From contig DOSJ01000004.1 in NCBI GenBank assembly GCA_003514005.1, positions 101,533 to 165,532 of the forward strand: a DNA stretch of 64,000 nt, in the 5' to 3' direction. Source of the stretch: Candidatus Falkowbacteria bacterium. GTDB lineage: Bacteria > Patescibacteriota > Patescibacteriia > Patescibacteriales > UBA12075. This document shows, in pieces, positions 19,530 to 26,958 of this stretch; positions within the stretch are counted from its first letter, which is position 1, and each line of letters begins with the position of its first letter. The notes under the pieces were generated by a model that saw only the letters and a program-made list of their open reading frames with translations, did no database searches and was not told the origin of the DNA. Both the position numbers and the translations under genes were made by a program.

Positions 19530-21842
19530 ATGTTTAAACAAAAATTGGAAAATTTAAATAATTTAAAAAAACAGGACAGTAGCGATGTTTTTATTGAAAA
19601 AAACTTGGAGGAAGATAATAAAAAAAAGGAAATTCGGCAACAAATTTTTATAGAATTAAAGAACAATTATGTTGATGAAAATGAAAACCTAAGAAGAGAC
19701 AATGCTTTATATTGTGGAATTGATGTTGGTGAATATTATAAACCGATTATTAGCGATAAAATAGCGATATTATGGAATAAGTTATTAGATGACTATAATA
19801 TTGATGAATGGGATGAAGATAACAATAACATTCAGAATTTTTTTGGCAATATTGTTTTGGACAAAGATTTAGTCTGTTTGTTAAAAAAAAATTTTATTGA
19901 CAAAAAGGCTGATTTGAAAGATAGAATTATTTGCACAAATGTTATTCGAGATATTGCCAATAGTCTAGTGGAAAATGATCAAGAACATGTTGCCACTGAG
20001 TATGTTAATATGCTGGAAGACTTAGAAAAATCTAAAGATGTCCCTTATATTTTAAAAATATATTTAGAAAGAGTTGTTTCTGAGGCAAAGCAACTAATCG
20101 AATCAACTTATTTTGACAGTTATGACGATATTGAATTATCAAAAAATACTGATGAAAGGATGAAAATAATAAATGATTTTCATGATAATAAATATGACTG
20201 CATAAACATGGTTTTTGATGATAAAATGAAAATGATTTTAAGCGAAGCAGTTTACAGAGAGGGATATGGCGATATTTTTAGGCCAATCGGTAAGATGATT
20301 GATATCGACGGAAAAGAAGATTGGGATGGTGATTATATAGTTTCTCAGGCGGCACCGGGTAGAATTGGCATTTATTCTTTAAATGGAAATATGGTAGGGT
20401 GGAAAAAGGAAGATGAAATAAAAGAGGAAGTTGAAATTGACGGACAAAAAACATTTTATGATTTTGCGATAAATCAGAATGATGTATTTTTTATGAATCT
20501 GCTGACTAGCTTGCCTTTTCGTTCGGCGTTAAAAGACAGGATTGGTTTTGACATCGCTGGTTTGAGTCCGGAATATCAAAAAAGTTTTTTGATCTATATA
20601 AAGAATAAAACAGAAGATGAGATTGATGAATTGATAAGATTTATTAAAAAAAGTAATAATGAAAGTTGTGCAGTGAATCGAGTTAAGTCTTTTTTATCTC
20701 TTGAATCGGGTGAATTATCCGGAGAGGAGATTTTATTAATTAGTGAAAGCTTGAAAGATGATCAAGATATTGCGAATGGAATTTTTGCGGCATATGCTAA
20801 ACTGTCGGATCAGGCTGATATTTCAAGGGAGCAAATTAACGAATTTTTTAAAGTTGAGAAAGAGTTTAAAACCGAAGACGTAGATAAAGTATCCCGCTCT
20901 ATTTTAAATAAGGCGAATTCTCTTTTGGTTAATTATGTTAAGCAAATTAAAAAAGGAGAAGAAATAAGCACAAAAGAACTTTTGGATATTATAGAAAACT
21001 ATAAAGAAGACGCGGTTGTTTTTTCTTCTATTTTTAAAACGGCGCACGAGAAAGAAGATGTTATTAGCTTTGAAGAACTACGAGGCGTAGATTACAAAAC
21101 TTCATTTTCGGTAGAATTATCGAGCGAAGAGAAGAAGATGATTTTAGACGTCGTGAGGCTGAATTATCCGGACAAGGAACAGCAGGAAGATATTTTGCAG
21201 AAAATTGAAGAATCGTTTAAAAACGATAAGACCAAATGGCATCTTTTAACTAGACAGGGTGAGCAGGAAAAATCATTGGTGTCATGTTTGCGATTTGATG
21301 AACTGGACGAAAAGAATGTGTACGCGGCAACTTTCAATGTCGGCACTGCTTATCGCGGGTCAAAATTGGGAGACGCTATGTTTGATCGTGTCATGACCGA
21401 GGTTGCACAAAATAAAAAAATCCATGCCATCGCCGAGATGGATAAAAGCGTTAGCGATTATTATATAAACAAGGGCGGTTTTAATGCCAAAGGGATAAAA
21501 ACTAATGAAAAAACCCAAAGAAAGTATTATGAAATAGAGAGATTTGACCCGGAAAATGAGTTTTATGGAACCAAGAGAATCACAAGCAACAATGATTTGC
21601 TTACATATTATAAGGAAGGCGCTAAACCCGATGACCTTGTTCGGATGCAGAAATATATTTTGGTAAAAAAGGAAGACCTTAACAAAGCGTTTAATCAAAG
21701 AGAAATTGAATATATTTTAAATAATGGTTATTTATTAACCAGAACTATAAAAAATAAGCCGGTAAACGGTAGAAATGATTCATATTTGGTTTTTGAGAAA
21801 AAGGCCATGAAGGCAAGGGATGATCAAAAACAAGCGGCCTAA
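19530..21842 (+). CDS. large acidic/Lys-rich protein (770 aa) with C-terminal GNAT-like acetyltransferase motif
   Basis: Long uninterrupted ORF in very AT-rich DNA. Near residue 600, AATFNVGTAYRGSKLGDAMFDRVMTEV resembles GNAT motif A (R-x-x-G-x-G/A). The rest is unassigned. Confidence 0.55.
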   Translation: MFKQKLENLNNLKKQDSSDVFIEKNLEEDNKKKEIRQQIFIELKNNYVDENENLRRDNALYCGIDVGEYYKPIISDKIAILWNKLLDDYNIDEWDEDNNNIQNFFGNIVLDKDLVCLLKKNFIDKKADLKDRIICTNVIRDIANSLVENDQEHVATEYVNMLEDLEKSKDVPYILKIYLERVVSEAKQLIESTYFDSYDDIELSKNTDERMKIINDFHDNKYDCINMVFDDKMKMILSEAVYREGYGDIFRPIGKMIDIDGKEDWDGDYIVSQAAPGRIGIYSLNGNMVGWKKEDEIKEEVEIDGQKTFYDFAINQNDVFFMNLLTSLPFRSALKDRIGFDIAGLSPEYQKSFLIYIKNKTEDEIDELIRFIKKSNNESCAVNRVKSFLSLESGELSGEEILLISESLKDDQDIANGIFAAYAKLSDQADISREQINEFFKVEKEFKTEDVDKVSRSILNKANSLLVNYVKQIKKGEEISTKELLDIIENYKEDAVVFSSIFKTAHEKEDVISFEELRGVDYKTSFSVELSSEEKKMILDVVRLNYPDKEQQEDILQKIEESFKNDKTKWHLLTRQGEQEKSLVSCLRFDELDEKNVYAATFNVGTAYRGSKLGDAMFDRVMTEVAQNKKIHAIAEMDKSVSDYYINKGGFNAKGIKTNEKTQRKYYEIERFDPENEFYGTKRITSNNDLLTYYKEGAKPDDLVRMQKYILVKKEDLNKAFNQREIEYILNNGYLLTRTIKNKPVNGRNDSYLVFEKKAMKARDDQKQAA

Positions 21843-22582
21843 GTTACCCAAATAAATTCAAAAAGCGCCTTATGCATTGAATAGATATTTTCGTCTTCGA
21901 TCAAAGTACCGGTTAGATTTTTTTCTGTCATTGTGATATAGGCGATTTTGTTATCGTAAATATGAAGACTGGTTGAGAATGGGGTAATTTGCAAATTTAT
22001 CAGTTTTACATCGGTTAATTCGCTTGCGCTCGAAAAATGATTACGGGCGTAAGGCGAATCAAGGGCGAGAAGCCTTTTTTTAATACCTTTTTTGTTTCTT
22101 TTTGCCACGTATTCCTTGTTTATCTCTCTTAGATATTTATCAACCGCCTCAACATCGGCAATAGTTAGGATTTCAGTCTTTGCTGTAAGTGTGTCATTAA
22201 GAATTTTCCAAATCCCTTCCTCTCCCTCATAATACCTTACCCCCGGCTTGTTACTAAGCAAATTATAGGATGAAACCATATCTGGCAGGTAATTGTTAAA
22301 CAATTCCCTGTCTTTTTTTATTTGTCTTTCTTTTTGGTCAAAAAACTTTTCCATCTGCGCCGGGTGCCCGATGCGGAAATAGCTGATGGCGTTCGGCTTT
22401 TCTACCCGCTCAACAATATTTAAAACCACCATTTCCTCCAGATCTTTATAAACGATTGCTCTGGATTTTTTGATTTGCTTGGCAATTTCCGAGGCCTTGT
22501 CTTCTTTTTTATTGAATAAGTATTCCATTATGGCGGATTGAGTAGGGGTGAGGCCGGCTTTTTGGAAGATTTGTTTGTACAT
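21839..22582 (-). CDS. TrmB-family (winged HTH) transcriptional regulator
   Basis: The N-terminus GLTPTQSAIMEYLFNKKEDKASEIAKQIKKSRAIVYKDLEEMVVLNIVERV is a typical TrmB wHTH. 247 aa. Confidence 0.75.
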   Translation of the reverse strand: MYKQIFQKAGLTPTQSAIMEYLFNKKEDKASEIAKQIKKSRAIVYKDLEEMVVLNIVERVEKPNAISYFRIGHPAQMEKFFDQKERQIKKDRELFNNYLPDMVSSYNLLSNKPGVRYYEGEEGIWKILNDTLTAKTEILTIADVEAVDKYLREINKEYVAKRNKKGIKKRLLALDSPYARNHFSSASELTDVKLINLQITPFSTSLHIYDNKIAYITMTEKNLTGTLIEDENIYSMHKALFEFIWVT

Positions 22583-22590
22583 CTGGTTTT

Positions 22591-22675
22591 AAAAATTCTA
22601 AATTATAAGGTCTAATTTCTAATATTTTAAATCATTAATAGATTAGAAATTATAATTTAGATACTTAGAAATTAT
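22591..22675. repeat. hairpin repeat, family ttctaaattataa/gtctaatttctaa (copy 1 of 4, degenerate)
   Basis: Inverted arms aaattctaaattataaggtctaatttctaat / attagaaattataatttagatacttagaaatt. The same words occur at 27463, 48685 and 50478. Confidence 0.7.
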
Positions 22676-22737
22676 TTTTACAATCATTATCTAGAATAAT
22701 TATAGCATATCTATAAAAAATGTCAATATAAAAATTA

Positions 22738-22836
22738 GACAATATTGCATATGCAAATGCTTAATATATTGCAATATTGTCAACGTAATCACGGAAAATG
22801 ATATAAAATGCCTGGTAAAATACTTGACAATATTGC
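22738..22836. promoter_or_regulatory. three GACAATATTGC(A) operator-like boxes
   Basis: gacaatattgca 22738-22749, inverted copy tgcaatattgtc 22770-22781, and gacaatattgc 22826-22836 overlapping the -35 of the plus-strand promoter. They lie between the divergent TrmB gene and the non-coding locus. Confidence 0.5.
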
Positions 22837-22852
22837 TATTCTGTGATATACT
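22824..22852 (+). promoter_or_regulatory. near-consensus sigma70-type promoter
   Basis: TTGACA (22824-22829), 17-nt spacer ending TGa, TATACT (22847-22852). Confidence 0.6.
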
Positions 22853-22858
22853 GGTTAA

Positions 22859-23808
22859 TCAAGCTAAGAAACGGAGAATTTGTCAAATTGGTAAGAAGTT
22901 AAAAATTGCACATTAGAAAAAAAACAATATATTTCAAGAACTTATCGGCGGAGCTTTGAGTGGCGTAAATTATCGGAGAGAGAAAAGATGATTTCGTCCA
23001 AGCGAAACAGGTAAGGTTTTGGAATTACTAGCTAGAGATGCTTCTTTGGTCTCACGAGAGAAGAGAGCAAAGAAGAACTTTATCTGGTAAGGATACAGAT
23101 CATTACAATTTAATACTCTGGAGAGAGACAAGTGATTTTCGATTTTCGATTGGCGATTTTCGATTTAGTTTAACAGTGATTGGTTTCTCTTCATTAAATT
23201 AGTGAATAGAAATTGGTTGCTGTTTTTTAAAACTAAAAAATGATCAAAAATCTGAAGAGGAGAGAGATGCTTCCTTTTCTGAACTGCGGGTTTGCCCGTA
23301 GATTGGATAGGGAATGATAACAAAAATTATTCAGGGAAAGAAAATCATGTCAATCGTCCCAAAAGAATAATACAATATTCTCTTCAAATTTTTGTTCTTT
23401 TTAAAAAAATTAACTGCTTTGGGAAATTTCGCCAAAATGAAGTCTCGACCATGCTTGGAGAGTTCTTCCCCCGAAAAAATGCTTTGCATTCTCGGGGTAA
23501 AATTGGAGAGAGTAGATTTCTTGAAGTAATTATAACTAATCAAGTTCGACCGCGTAAAGATGCTGTGCATCCGCGCGGAAATGTGCCGAGCCCTGTGGGA
23601 TTTGTCTGGTTTCGTTTCGAACCGGAACTGATAAGTTCTGCAATTTTCAAGTAAGTGAGTGCATCTGTCCCGCGGAAACGCGAGGCAGGCCGCTGAAAGA
23701 AGGCTACGGACGATCGATATCTTATCAAAGAGATCGACTGCGCGTGAAGGATTGAACCCCCTTCGCGTTCAGAAATTTCTCTGGTAGAGAAAGAATTTTT
23801 TTAAACAA
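22859..23808 (+). ncRNA. ~950-nt promoter-to-terminator locus without a credible long ORF (micro-ORFs plus structured GC-rich 3' half); class unknown
   Basis: Bounded by the promoter at 22824 and the stem-loop/T-run at 23783-23808. Contains four GGAGAGAG boxes, covarying hairpins, a CGCG-GAAA-CGCG tetraloop hairpin (23671-23682) and a local GC content well above its surroundings. Confidence 0.4.
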
Positions 23809-23834
23809 AAAAACCTCCGTATTAGGCGGAGGTT
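23801..23834 (-). terminator. intrinsic terminator of the 88-aa gene
   Basis: aacctccg-tattagg-cggaggtt hairpin followed on the minus strand by a T-run (forward aaacaaaaaaa). Confidence 0.7.
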
Positions 23835-23848
23835 AAATAGTAAGGTAT

Positions 23849-24115
23849 TTATTTTTTGATGTTAACAGTATAAGGATTTAAACCAAGATGTACTTCGATA
23901 TTGGAAATGCGTTGTTCAAAGCGATCGTGGGCAGCCATGTTTGAAACGAAAGAATGTTCGATATTATCTAATTTATGCATGACCGCATCAACAGCCGACA
24001 AGACCGAGTCAAATTTTTGATTTAATTCATCCCTGGTTGCAAAATCTTTTAAGTCATCTTTTAATGCTATTTTATTGAATTGTTCTGGAGTAAGTGACAT
24101 ATATTTAATAATCAT
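23849..24115 (-). CDS. small coiled-coil protein (88 aa), hypothetical
   Basis: Track ORF with heptad-like composition and its own terminator. The start may be the internal MSLTPEQF. Confidence 0.5.
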   Translation of the reverse strand: MIIKYMSLTPEQFNKIALKDDLKDFATRDELNQKFDSVLSAVDAVMHKLDNIEHSFVSNMAAHDRFEQRISNIEVHLGLNPYTVNIKK

Positions 24116-24260
24116 TTTTTATAAATATAGTATAGCAACCAAACAATTATATTTCAATAGCGATTTTTATTAGGAATAATCAAATCAGTTGGAATATTTT
24201 TGCGGGGAAAGATTTTGCCCATAAAAATGTCCTAACTATTTTGGAGAGAGAAACTAGTCG

Positions 24261-24289
24261 TTGGATGGACTTCGACAATTGAATATACT
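24261..24289 (+). promoter_or_regulatory. putative promoter TTGGAT-N17-TATACT
   Basis: ttggat 24261-24266 and tatact 24284-24289. The same -10 hexamer occurs in the promoters at 22847 and 25228. Confidence 0.4.
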
Positions 24290-24299
24290 TATTGTTGAC

Positions 24300-24357
24300 T
24301 TTTAATCACCAATCAAAATTGTTTTTATATCAATGTAGTTTTGATTGGTGATTAAAA
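24300..24357 (+). promoter_or_regulatory. perfect 19-bp inverted repeat in the leader of the small-protein operon
   Basis: ttttaatcaccaatcaaaa (24300-24318) / ttttgattggtgattaaaa (24339-24357), with a 20-nt loop. Confidence 0.6.
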
Positions 24358-24406
24358 AACAAATAAGACCACGCTTCCGAGGGTTGATATCGGAGAGGGA
24401 GATGAA

Positions 24407-24616
24407 ATGAGAAAAAGTGATTTGAACTTTTCAGGAAATGAAACTAACGTCGTATCTGGAAAGGCGGTGAAAATCGTCAGCGATAAAGAAGGTAAATTTT
24501 TTGCTGTCGCAATATTGGGCGGCAGAGAATATTATCATCTTGTTGAAAAAAAAGATGGATGGGATGAAAGATTTTTACCTTCCCGGTATTTCGCTGAGGG
24601 AGGAATCAAAATTTAA
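24407..24616 (+). CDS. hypothetical small protein (69 aa)
   Basis: Track ORF preceded by GGAGAGGGAG 7 nt upstream of the ATG. Confidence 0.5.
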   Translation: MRKSDLNFSGNETNVVSGKAVKIVSDKEGKFFAVAILGGREYYHLVEKKDGWDERFLPSRYFAEGGIKI

Positions 24617-24626
24617 GGAGAAGAAA

Positions 24627-24929
24627 ATGATTGATATTTTTACTGTCGTTGATGATTCTGGCAGAATTACATTGGTGTCCCTGCCTTGTTCAGGAGAAGG
24701 ATATCGAGTGCATGTGTTCGCAGATGGTACATACGTGTGTGACGTTTGTGGTCATTGCGCAGGGACAAGCTTCATTCTCAACCGACACTGGTCGGTGGTT
24801 GGTGAAGCGAAGATTTATCTGAGAGGGAAGCTTCTCACAAAAAATCTGGTAGATAAATTCTTTGGACTGATACAGCCAAAGGATTTTGAGGTCATTTACG
24901 AAGATGAGGACGAGGACCATGAGAACTAA
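24627..24929 (+). CDS. hypothetical small Cys-rich protein (100 aa from MIDIFTVV; track start 24501 is probably too early)
   Basis: AAGGAGAAG SD 5 nt before the ATG at 24627. Contains CSGEG...CDVCGHC and an acidic tail EDEDEDHEN. Confidence 0.55.
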   Translation: MIDIFTVVDDSGRITLVSLPCSGEGYRVHVFADGTYVCDVCGHCAGTSFILNRHWSVVGEAKIYLRGKLLTKNLVDKFFGLIQPKDFEVIYEDEDEDHEN

Positions 24930-24981
24930 TTAGTTCTCGGGTTTAAGTAATCCTAAATAAATATTAAGGTTCAATTTTTTT

Positions 24982-25015
24982 GGAAGTTTTTTTAAAAAAC
25001 TTCCACTCTTTTTAG
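24982..25015 (+). terminator. intrinsic terminator
   Basis: ggaagttttt-ttaa-aaaaacttcc hairpin followed by actcttttt. Confidence 0.55.
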
Positions 25016-25159
25016 TCCGGCACAAAAATGGCGGCCTGAAAAAAGTGTGCATAAATAATTTTTCCCTCCATCAGGGCGGCCTGACACAAATAGTAATAGA
25101 TTCTCTCTCCCTATTGCTTAGTGTCACGCCTTCCTGATGGGGATATGAAAATAAAAAGA

Positions 25160-25233
25160 GTTTACAATTGGTTTACAATAAATTTAAACGTGGTTTACAA
25201 TCGGTTGACAATAATTAATAAATGCTTTATACT
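25160..25233 (+). promoter_or_regulatory. four phased GTT(T/G)ACAAT direct repeats merging into a TTGACA-N17-TATACT promoter
   Basis: Repeats at 25160, 25171, 25193 and 25204 (spacings 11, 22, 11 bp). The last one contains the -35 TTGACA 25205-25210, and the -10 TATACT is at 25228-25233. Confidence 0.6.
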
Positions 25234-25261
25234 GAATATATAAGTATTGTATTAGGCAGAT

Positions 25262-26302
25262 ATGTTGACAAAAGAAAAAATATTAAAAATAGTGGAAAAA
25301 AACGGGATATTAAAGACAAATGATATTGTCTTGACTTTTCGAGTGTCAAGACAATACGCAAATCGTCTGATAAAAGACTTGGTAATTGAGCGGAAATTAT
25401 TAAAAGTCGGGCTTGCTTCAAAGGCTATGTATGTCAGCCTGGGGTACGCCAAAAAACATCCGGAAATATTAAACTGTAAAATCACAAAAACTTTTGTTAA
25501 TAAAAATCTTGAAGAACATATTGTTTTAAACATAGTAGAATCCGAATTGCCATTGATTCTTAAACAAAAAGAAAATATTCGAAATATCTTTACTTTTGCG
25601 TTTTCAGAAATGCTGAATAACGCGATCGAACATTCAAGTTCTGCAAAAATTAAAATTGATGTTTTGTTTGCAGAAAAGATGTTCATTTTTACTATCGCTG
25701 ATTTTGGAGTAGGTGTGTTTCGGAATGTGATGAAAAAAAGAAATTTGAAATCCGAACTTGAAGCCATTCAAGATATTTTAAAGGGAAAAGTAACTACGAT
25801 GCCTGAATTGCATTCTGGTCAAGGTATATTTTTTACATCTCGTTCGGGTGATGAGTTTATTTTGGAAAGTTATGGTTATCGTTTGATTGTAAATAATCAA
25901 ATCAATGATGTATTTCTTGAGGAAATCAGTGGATCAAAAATGAAAAAAGGCACCAAGGTTACTTTTAAACTTTCAGTTGATTCAAAAAAGCATTTAAAAG
26001 AAATCTTTGATGAATTTTCTAATATTGATAAAGAAAACGAATTTGGTTTTGACAAAACCGAAATTAAAATTAAATTATATCTGAAAAGTGGAATTCATAT
26101 ATCGCGTTCGCAGGCAAGAAGGGTTTTATCCGGTCTTGAAAAGTTCAAAATTGTAGTTTTTGATTTTGACAAAGTTCCCATGATTGGACAGTCTTTTGCT
26201 GATGAAATTTTTCGAGTTTTTCAGAGTAAGCACCCAAAAATTCAGATTGAGGCAATAAATATGAATGAAGCGGTAAGATTTATGATTGACCGTGTTGAAT
26301 AA
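25262..26302 (+). CDS. wHTH + GHKL (SpoIIAB-like HATPase) + STAS-like DUF4325 domain protein
   Basis: N-terminal HTH (TNDIVLTFRVSRQYANRLIKDL). GHKL N-box FSEMLNNAIEHS, G1 DFGVGVF and G2 HSGQGIFF. The C-terminal ISRSQARRVLSGLEKFKIVVFDFDKVPMIGQSFADEIFRVF is typical of DUF4325. Confidence 0.8.
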   Translation: MLTKEKILKIVEKNGILKTNDIVLTFRVSRQYANRLIKDLVIERKLLKVGLASKAMYVSLGYAKKHPEILNCKITKTFVNKNLEEHIVLNIVESELPLILKQKENIRNIFTFAFSEMLNNAIEHSSSAKIKIDVLFAEKMFIFTIADFGVGVFRNVMKKRNLKSELEAIQDILKGKVTTMPELHSGQGIFFTSRSGDEFILESYGYRLIVNNQINDVFLEEISGSKMKKGTKVTFKLSVDSKKHLKEIFDEFSNIDKENEFGFDKTEIKIKLYLKSGIHISRSQARRVLSGLEKFKIVVFDFDKVPMIGQSFADEIFRVFQSKHPKIQIEAINMNEAVRFMIDRVE

Positions 26303-26513
26303 GTTTTTATTTTTTTTAGAAAGAAAAACTTATCGAAGTTAGTGGCTTCATTAATTAAGGCTATTAGCGGGTTTTTTTATATTTTTGGGTATATCCGCCC
26401 TCTTGCATTTTTTTTAACATTATGTTACTGTTAGCCTAGATTTAATAAATAATTTTACCCTATCTTGGTTATGCGTAAGGCTTAAGCATATCTCGGTTGG
26501 GGACAAGAAAAAC

Positions 26514-26903
26514 ATGTTAGCCAAAGAAGCAAAACAGAGGATTATTAACAAGTTTAAGATCCACAAGAACGACACCGGTTCATCCCAGGTGCAGATTGCT
26601 ATTTTAACAGCGGAAATCGAGGAATTATCAGAACACTTGAAGATCCACAAGCACGATCATTCATCACGTCGAGGGTTACTTAAAAAAGTTGGAGAAAGAC
26701 GCCGTTTGTTGAAATATTTGCAAAAAGAAGACGAGAATTCATTCATGGATATTGCGAAAAAACTTAAGCTTAAAATCGCTAAAAAAATGATTGAAGAAGA
26801 AGATGAAAAGAAACGGATTGAGGCCGAGATGCTTGCAAATGAACAATTAAAATTAAAAGACAGTGAGGAAGAGGAAGAAGTGGAAGAGGTTAAGGAGGAT
26901 TAA
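26514..26903 (+). CDS. rpsO: 30S ribosomal protein S15 with ~40-aa acidic C-terminal extension
   Basis: NDTGSSQVQIAILTAEIEELSEHLKIHKHDHSSRRGLLKKVGERRRLLKYL aligns with E. coli S15. The tail is ...EEEDEKKRIEAEM...DSEEEEEVEEVKED. Confidence 0.95.
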   Translation: MLAKEAKQRIINKFKIHKNDTGSSQVQIAILTAEIEELSEHLKIHKHDHSSRRGLLKKVGERRRLLKYLQKEDENSFMDIAKKLKLKIAKKMIEEEDEKKRIEAEMLANEQLKLKDSEEEEEVEEVKED

Positions 26904-26906
26904 GAA

Positions 26907-26937
26907 GTGTCGAATGACGAATGTCGAGTGTCGAATA
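26907..26937. repeat. gtcgaat-word repeat (intergenic copy)
   Basis: gtgtcgaatgacgaatgtcgagtgtcgaata. The same words occur inside yebC at 31718-31756. Confidence 0.7.
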
Positions 26938-26958
26938 TAAAATAATTAAGAATATTCA

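Noticed and set aside
23292-23654. 120-aa plus-strand ORF (plus the overlapping minus ORFs 23331..23570 and 23540..23728) in the non-coding locus
   Set aside because: It has a TTG start and no SD. Its apparent internal repeat (PRKNALHSRG/PRKDAVHPRG) is better explained by two hairpins with compensatory base changes. The composition switches abruptly from AT-rich to GC-rich.
25016-25140. Possible minus-strand 38-aa ORF and duplicated ggcggcctga motif downstream of the small-protein operon
   Set aside because: The ORF has a poor SD spacing (11 nt) and runs through the plus-strand terminator. The segment folds as ccatcagg...cctgatgg and is more likely a structured 3' UTR. There is too little evidence to call a feature.
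25252-25767. 171-aa minus-strand ORF
   Set aside because: It is antisense to the HTH-GHKL-STAS gene, which has clear domain motifs.
26303-26513. S15 autoregulatory leader upstream of rpsO
   Set aside because: Only a short possible stem (atgc...gcat around 26470-26492) is visible, and no convincing pseudoknot or three-way junction could be traced by eye.
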